Source of the DNA: Acidaminococcales bacterium
GTDB lineage: Bacteria; Bacillota; Negativicutes; Acidaminococcales; JAISLQ01
NCBI GenBank assembly: GCA_031552765.1
Contig: JAVBME010000008.1
Coordinates: 66,095-130,094, forward strand
DNA: 64,000 nt
Direction: 5' to 3'
The notes below the pieces were generated by a model that saw nothing but the letters and a program-made list of their open reading frames with translations, ran no database searches and was not told the DNA's origin. Positions 59,257-64,000 of this stretch are shown one piece after another. Position 1 is the first letter of the stretch. Each line of letters starts with the position of its first letter. The position numbers and the translations under genes were made by a program.

Positions 59257-60267
59257 ATGGAAAATATTAAAATAAAAAACCTTGAAACCAAATACCCCTT
59301 TATACATAATTATTTTTCCAGCAATAAAATAGACGTTTCTGCGGCCAAAGAAAAAAGCTTCCGGCAATTGCTGGATTCTTACAGCCCGCTAAAATTAGAA
59401 GAAGAGGCCATAGACAAAGAAAAACTTATAGCAGATATGCATGTTTTCGTCGAGCAAATGTCTTCATTCCTCGGTATAAAAAATGACCGGCTGTCCTCTT
59501 TGACCATAGTTGCCGGCCAGGATAAAAACGGCGCGTCGGAAAATTTTGGCGAAATAACGATAAATTCTTCGGAAATAGTGTCCATCGTCGGGCCTACCGG
59601 CTCGGGTAAAAGCCGGCTCTTGGCCGATATAGAAGTGATAGCGCAAGAAGATACCCCTACCCGGCGCACCATACTGCTGGACGGGCAAAAAAATAAAGAA
59701 AGAAGCTTTTCTTCCGCCAATAATAAACTGGTGGCCCAGCTTTCGCAGAACATGAATTTCGTCATGGACCTTACGGTTGAGGAATTCCTCTCTTTGCACG
59801 CGGAAAGCCGTATGGTGACCGACGCGGAAAAACGCATTGAACGTATCATCAACGAGGCCAACCAGCTGTCCGGCGAATCATTCGGCCCGGATACCCACCT
59901 GACCAGTTTGAGCGGTGGCCAGTCGCGCGCCCTCATGATAGCCGACACCGCCATTTTGAGCACCTCCCCTGTCGTTTTGATCGACGAGATAGAAAATGCC
60001 GGCGTTGACCGCAAAAAAGCTTTACAACTGCTTTTGAACGAAGACAAGATAGTCTTTATTTCTACTCATGACCCGGTTTTGGCGCTCATGGCCGACAAAC
60101 GGCTGGTCATAAAAAACGGCGGCATAGATAAGGTAATCGGTACCAGCACGGAAGAAAAAGGGTTGCTAAACGAATTGGAAACCATAGAAACATCCATGCA
60201 AAATATGCGGCAAAAATTACGTTCAGGAGGCAGGGTAGGAGCAAAAGACCTGCCCCGCTATCTTTGA
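59257..60267 (+). CDS. soluble ABC-type ATPase with a ~100 aa N-terminal extension; no cognate permease nearby
   Basis: 336 aa starting 2 nt after the upstream stop. Walker A GPTGSGKS, signature LSGGQ, Walker B VVLIDE, H-loop STHD. Confidence 0.8.
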   Translation: MENIKIKNLETKYPFIHNYFSSNKIDVSAAKEKSFRQLLDSYSPLKLEEEAIDKEKLIADMHVFVEQMSSFLGIKNDRLSSLTIVAGQDKNGASENFGEITINSSEIVSIVGPTGSGKSRLLADIEVIAQEDTPTRRTILLDGQKNKERSFSSANNKLVAQLSQNMNFVMDLTVEEFLSLHAESRMVTDAEKRIERIINEANQLSGESFGPDTHLTSLSGGQSRALMIADTAILSTSPVVLIDEIENAGVDRKKALQLLLNEDKIVFISTHDPVLALMADKRLVIKNGGIDKVIGTSTEEKGLLNELETIETSMQNMRQKLRSGGRVGAKDLPRYL

Positions 60268-60318
60268 ACGGTAAAATAAATAACCTTGTATTAGTTTTAT
60301 TTGAGACGGAGGAGTAGT

Positions 60319-62229
60319 ATGAAAAAGAAAAAACTTGTCACCGGAGCCCTTGCCTGTTTTATGGCTGCGGCCAACCCCAGCGCTTTTGCCGAGGAAAAAC
60401 TCGAGACCTTCGAACTTGACCCGGTAGTCGTTACCGCCAGCAAAACGCCCAGGCACGCCAAAGAAGTTTCCGCCGCCGTGCAAGTCATTACTAAAAGTGA
60501 GATAGAGTCTATCGGCGCCGCCAACCTCGAACAGGCTTTGCACCTGGCTACCGGCGTACAAATCGGCACAAATTCCGGTACAGGTAAGAAAAGCCCGATG
60601 ATACGCGGTTTTGACTCGCGTTTTTCCACTATTTTGATCAACGGCCGCCGCCTGGCGGCCGAACCTGACCAGTTATATGAACTAAACCGCATCACTTTGG
60701 CCAATGTGGAACGCATCGAAATAGTCCGCGGGCCTATGAGCGTCCTTTACGGCACGGAAGCGATGGGCGGCGTCATAAATATCATAGTCAGGAACTCCGA
60801 CACCCGTTCGCTGCTCTTGAGCGCCGACCTTGGCACATACGGCGGCGATAATAATCCGCAAAATTACAATATTGACTTCCAGTCCGGCCAAACCGGACGC
60901 TTTCGCTATTCATTATACGGATCTTACCGCGACAACAACGACCCTATGTACAAAAGCAACGGCCTGACCTACGAGCCATACGGCTGGCACAGCAATATCG
61001 GCGGCCGGGTGGAATATGACCTGTCGAAAACCGAAGTGCTGGCCCTTGATATTGCTTACGAAGAAGAACGCACCAACGAAATATCCAATATGGCTAACCT
61101 TAACCAGCAAACCCTCGACAATAACCGCCGCAATGAGCAATCTTTGAGTTATACAAGGAAAACCGACAATACAGAACTGTTTTTCCGCTATTATAACGGC
61201 GTACTTGATAAAGACGTCGACCAATTAAATAAAAACACCGGTCAGCTATTGCAGCCCGGCAGTTGGGTACGGGCCGAGCGTACCATGCGCGCCTTGGAAG
61301 GCCGTCTGACCCGCAAAGTCAACGATCAGCACACAGTAACTTTCGGCGCCGAATACCGGCCGGAGAAGTTTAAGGGCACGTCGGTCAATACCGGCGAAGG
61401 TATTTTTAACACTACATATAATGGTGTAACAAAAACCGGTTCTACCGCCTGGCTGGACTATTTCGGCATTTACCTTATGGATGAATGGCAGGCGACCGAC
61501 AGGTGGCGTATTATTACCGCCCTCAGGTATGACGACAGCAACAAATTCGAAAGCGACTGGAGCCCGAAACTCGGCCTTATTTATCAGTTCAACGACAAAT
61601 CCCGTTTGAAAGCCAATGCCGGGCACGCCTTCCGCAGCCCTACCCCTAATCAGCTTTATAATAACCAACCTACCTCTTTGGGCAACCCCAACCTGAAATC
61701 GGAAAAAGCCAATTCTTATGATATTTCTTACGAACAGGACTACAGCCGTTCGGGTTATAAACTCACCTATTTTTATAACGATATATCAAACCTTATCGAA
61801 GTGCAAAACAACAGATACCAAAATATCGCCAAAGCAACCATCCAGGGTATAGAAGCTGAATACCTGACCCGTTTCAACAACAACTGGTCGTGGATAAATG
61901 CCTGGGCCTATCTTGACGCAACCGACGACACCACCGGGCAACGCCTGAAAGGCCGCTCGCGCAATGTGCTTACTTCCCGCATCGCCTATTCGGACAACAA
62001 ATATTTTTCCGCTAGTTTCTGGGGCGAGCTATACCACGACTATCTGCCTACTACGCCGACCATCAGCACGCGTGAACGCTCCTATGTCACATGGAACCTA
62101 GCCGCTACCTATTCGCTCAATAAAAACACCAAGTTTATTTTAGGCGTATACGACATATTCGACAAAATGGACGAAGACGCCAATGTTATGGGCCGCTACG
62201 CACACCTGACTGTACAGTTTAAATTCTGA
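60319..62229 (+). CDS. TonB-dependent outer-membrane receptor (BtuB-sized)
   Basis: The start is reassigned to ATG 60319 (MKKKKLVTGALACFMAAANPSAFA), preceded by GGAGGAG. TonB box DPVVVTAS, a plug domain (IRGFDSRFSTILINGRRL), a beta-barrel repeat pattern and a C-terminal ...TVQFKF. Confidence 0.9.
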   Translation: MKKKKLVTGALACFMAAANPSAFAEEKLETFELDPVVVTASKTPRHAKEVSAAVQVITKSEIESIGAANLEQALHLATGVQIGTNSGTGKKSPMIRGFDSRFSTILINGRRLAAEPDQLYELNRITLANVERIEIVRGPMSVLYGTEAMGGVINIIVRNSDTRSLLLSADLGTYGGDNNPQNYNIDFQSGQTGRFRYSLYGSYRDNNDPMYKSNGLTYEPYGWHSNIGGRVEYDLSKTEVLALDIAYEEERTNEISNMANLNQQTLDNNRRNEQSLSYTRKTDNTELFFRYYNGVLDKDVDQLNKNTGQLLQPGSWVRAERTMRALEGRLTRKVNDQHTVTFGAEYRPEKFKGTSVNTGEGIFNTTYNGVTKTGSTAWLDYFGIYLMDEWQATDRWRIITALRYDDSNKFESDWSPKLGLIYQFNDKSRLKANAGHAFRSPTPNQLYNNQPTSLGNPNLKSEKANSYDISYEQDYSRSGYKLTYFYNDISNLIEVQNNRYQNIAKATIQGIEAEYLTRFNNNWSWINAWAYLDATDDTTGQRLKGRSRNVLTSRIAYSDNKYFSASFWGELYHDYLPTTPTISTRERSYVTWNLAATYSLNKNTKFILGVYDIFDKMDEDANVMGRYAHLTVQFKF

Positions 62230-62263
62230 GTTTAATATTTTTGTAACAATCTAATTTAAGATT

Positions 62264-62316
62264 CCTCGCCTGCGGCTCAAAATGACGGATAAATGTCATT
62301 GCGAACACAGGCGGGG
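62264..62316 (+). terminator. two-tier hairpin downstream of the receptor gene (possible terminator)
   Basis: The outer stem is CCTCGCCTG/CAGGCGGGG (9 bp, one G:U). The inner stem is AATGAC/GTCATT. It is followed by GATTGTTATTTAT. Confidence 0.4.
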
Positions 62317-62438
62317 GATTGTTATTTATAATTGGCAAAATCTTTCTTTAATCTGACTATTGAGTTATAATAATATACATATTCACAAAAAACAAGCCAA
62401 AAACAAGTGTGTTATGTATCGAAAGAGAGGTTTTTCAA

Positions 62439-64000
62439 TTGAGACGTTCAGATGATGTAAAAAAAGGCTCCACCAGGGCGGCGCACCGTTCTTTGTTCAG
62501 CGCGCTGGGTTTTACCAAAGAAGATATGGACAAGCCGCTTATCGGCATAGTAAATGCGCAAAATGAAATAATCCCCGGCCACCTGCACCTTGATATAATC
62601 GCCAAAGCAGTAAAAGAAGGCGTATGGGCGCACGGCGGCGTACCGGTAGAAGTTCCGGCCATCGGCATCTGCGACGGTATCGCCATGGGGCACCAGGGTA
62701 TGAAATACCCCCTCCCGAGCCGCGAACTTATCGCCGACAGCATCGAAGCCATGGCCAACGGCCATTGTTTTGACGCCCTGGTGCTTATACCCAATTGCGA
62801 CAAAATCGTCCCCGGCATGCTGATGGCAGCGGCTAGGCTCAACATCCCCTGCGTGGTCGCCAGCGGCGGCCCTATGCTGGCCGGTCGTTTTGCCGGTAAA
62901 GATGTCGGCGTGAGCAATGTTTTTGAGGCGGCCGGACGCTTTGAAGCAGGCAAAATAACCGTAGACGAGCTGGAAGAAATAGAGTCTTCCGCCTGCCCCG
63001 GTTGCGGCTCCTGTTCCGGCATGTATACGGCCAACACCATGAACTGTCTGGCCGAAGTTTTAGGCCTGGCTTTGCCCGGCAACGGCACCATACCCGCCGC
63101 CCACCAGGGCGCGCGTACGGCGCTTTCCCGCACCGCCGGCAAACAGGTCATGCAAATGCTGGAGAAGAATATCTGCCCGCGCGACATCATGACCCTTGAC
63201 GCTTTCAAAAACGCTATCACGGTAGACATGGCTATCGGCGGCTCCAGCAATACCACCCTGCACCTGCCCGCCATCGCCCACGAGGCCGGGATAGAGCTCT
63301 CGCTCGACTTATTCAACGATATTGCTAAAACTACCCCTTATATCGCCTCACTAAGCCCGGGCGGCTCACACTTCATCCAGGAACTGAACGAGGCGGGCGG
63401 CATCCCGGCGGTCATGAAAGAACTGGACAAGAAAAAACTCATGCACACCGGCTGCATGACCGTAACAGGCCAAACCTTGACCGACAATCTGACAAAAGTA
63501 CAAAACCGCAACACCGAAGTCATCCGTCCGATAGACAAGCCTTACCGGCCCACCGGCGGCATAGCCATCCTTCGCGGCAATCTGGCTCCTGACGGCGCGG
63601 TCGTAAAAGAAAGCGCAGTAGCCGAAGAAATGCTGGTGCATTCCGGCCCGGCGCGGGTTTATGATTCGGAAGAGCAGGCAATCGATGCCATCATCGGCAA
63701 AAAAATAAAGAGCGGCGACGTTATAGTCATCCGCTACGAAGGGCCTAAAGGCGGCCCCGGCATGAAAGAAATGCTCAATCCCACCTCCGTCCTGGCCGGC
63801 ATGGGGCTCGACAAAGAAGTGGCCCTACTGACCGACGGCCGCTTTTCCGGCGCGACGCGCGGCGCTTGCATCGGTCATGTCTCACCGGAAGCCATGGAAG
63901 GCGGGCTTATCGGCCTCATACAAGAAGGCGACATCATAGAGATAGATATTCCCAACCGCAAACTAGCCGTCAAACTGGCTGATGAGGACATCGCCAAGCG
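62439..64000 (+). CDS. ilvD: dihydroxy-acid dehydratase, N-terminal ~520 aa; runs off the right edge
   Basis: Absent from the ORF track because there is no stop in the window. Manual translation from TTG 62439 (after GAAAGAGAGG) gives [47 protein letters not shown]...CDGIAMGH...[10 protein letters not shown]. Confidence 0.9.
   Translation, partial: MRRSDDVKKGSTRAAHRSLFSALGFTKEDMDKPLIGIVNAQNEIIPGHLHLDIIAKAVKEGVWAHGGVPVEVPAIGICDGIAMGHQGMKYPLPSRELIADSIEAMANGHCFDALVLIPNCDKIVPGMLMAAARLNIPCVVASGGPMLAGRFAGKDVGVSNVFEAAGRFEAGKITVDELEEIESSACPGCGSCSGMYTANTMNCLAEVLGLALPGNGTIPAAHQGARTALSRTAGKQVMQMLEKNICPRDIMTLDAFKNAITVDMAIGGSSNTTLHLPAIAHEAGIELSLDLFNDIAKTTPYIASLSPGGSHFIQELNEAGGIPAVMKELDKKKLMHTGCMTVTGQTLTDNLTKVQNRNTEVIRPIDKPYRPTGGIAILRGNLAPDGAVVKESAVAEEMLVHSGPARVYDSEEQAIDAIIGKKIKSGDVIVIRYEGPKGGPGMKEMLNPTSVLAGMGLDKEVALLTDGRFSGATRGACIGHVSPEAMEGGLIGLIQEGDIIEIDIPNRKLAVKLADEDIAK

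Noticed and set aside
62435-63316. 293 aa minus-strand ORF, one of the longest unassigned ORFs in the track
   Set aside because: It lies entirely antisense to the clearly recognisable ilvD reading frame ([18 protein letters not shown]). Its translation is low-complexity and rich in Ala, Ser and Pro with no motif. It is a shadow ORF of a GC-rich third-position pattern.

Overview
The window is a 64 kb chromosomal segment with no rRNA, tRNA, CRISPR array, transposase or prophage gene that I can recognise. About 60 genes are packed tightly, mostly on the minus strand. The backbone is the conserved Firmicute housekeeping synteny. It runs yicC-remA-gmk-rpoZ-coaBC-priA-def-fmt-rsmB-rlmN-prpC-prkC-rsgA-rpe, then ribD-E-BA-H, recA-recX-rny, rpmB/recG, scpA-scpB-dacB, cmk and an ispH-S1 fusion. 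A TonB-dependent outer-membrane receptor on top of this synteny suggests a diderm Firmicute (Negativicutes-like), but this is inference only. Three riboswitch-class leaders can be read directly in the DNA. An FMN element lies ahead of ribD, a SAM-I element ahead of metK, and a T-box ahead of a PatA/AspB-like aminotransferase. Several sigma-A-type promoters and rho-independent terminators are also readable. The most unusual content is the 57.2-62.2 kb operon. It encodes a substrate-binding-protein (SBP) fold protein with no signal peptide and a DUF1858-like head, a UreG/HypB-like GTPase with Cys/His metal motifs, a soluble ABC ATPase with no permease partner, and a TonB-dependent receptor. A Fur-family-like box overlaps its -10 element. 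Other items worth a second look are a 226 bp ORF-free structured element between lysA and an M50 protease, and a FIST protein paired with a cytoplasmic hybrid histidine kinase. A Cheo-box-like palindrome sits in the recA promoter, an FHA gene is inserted in the rlmN-prpC-prkC operon, and a sirtuin plus Hsp33 are appended to the FMN-controlled rib operon. All calls come from reading the ORF translations and DNA by eye. No database search or folding program was run.
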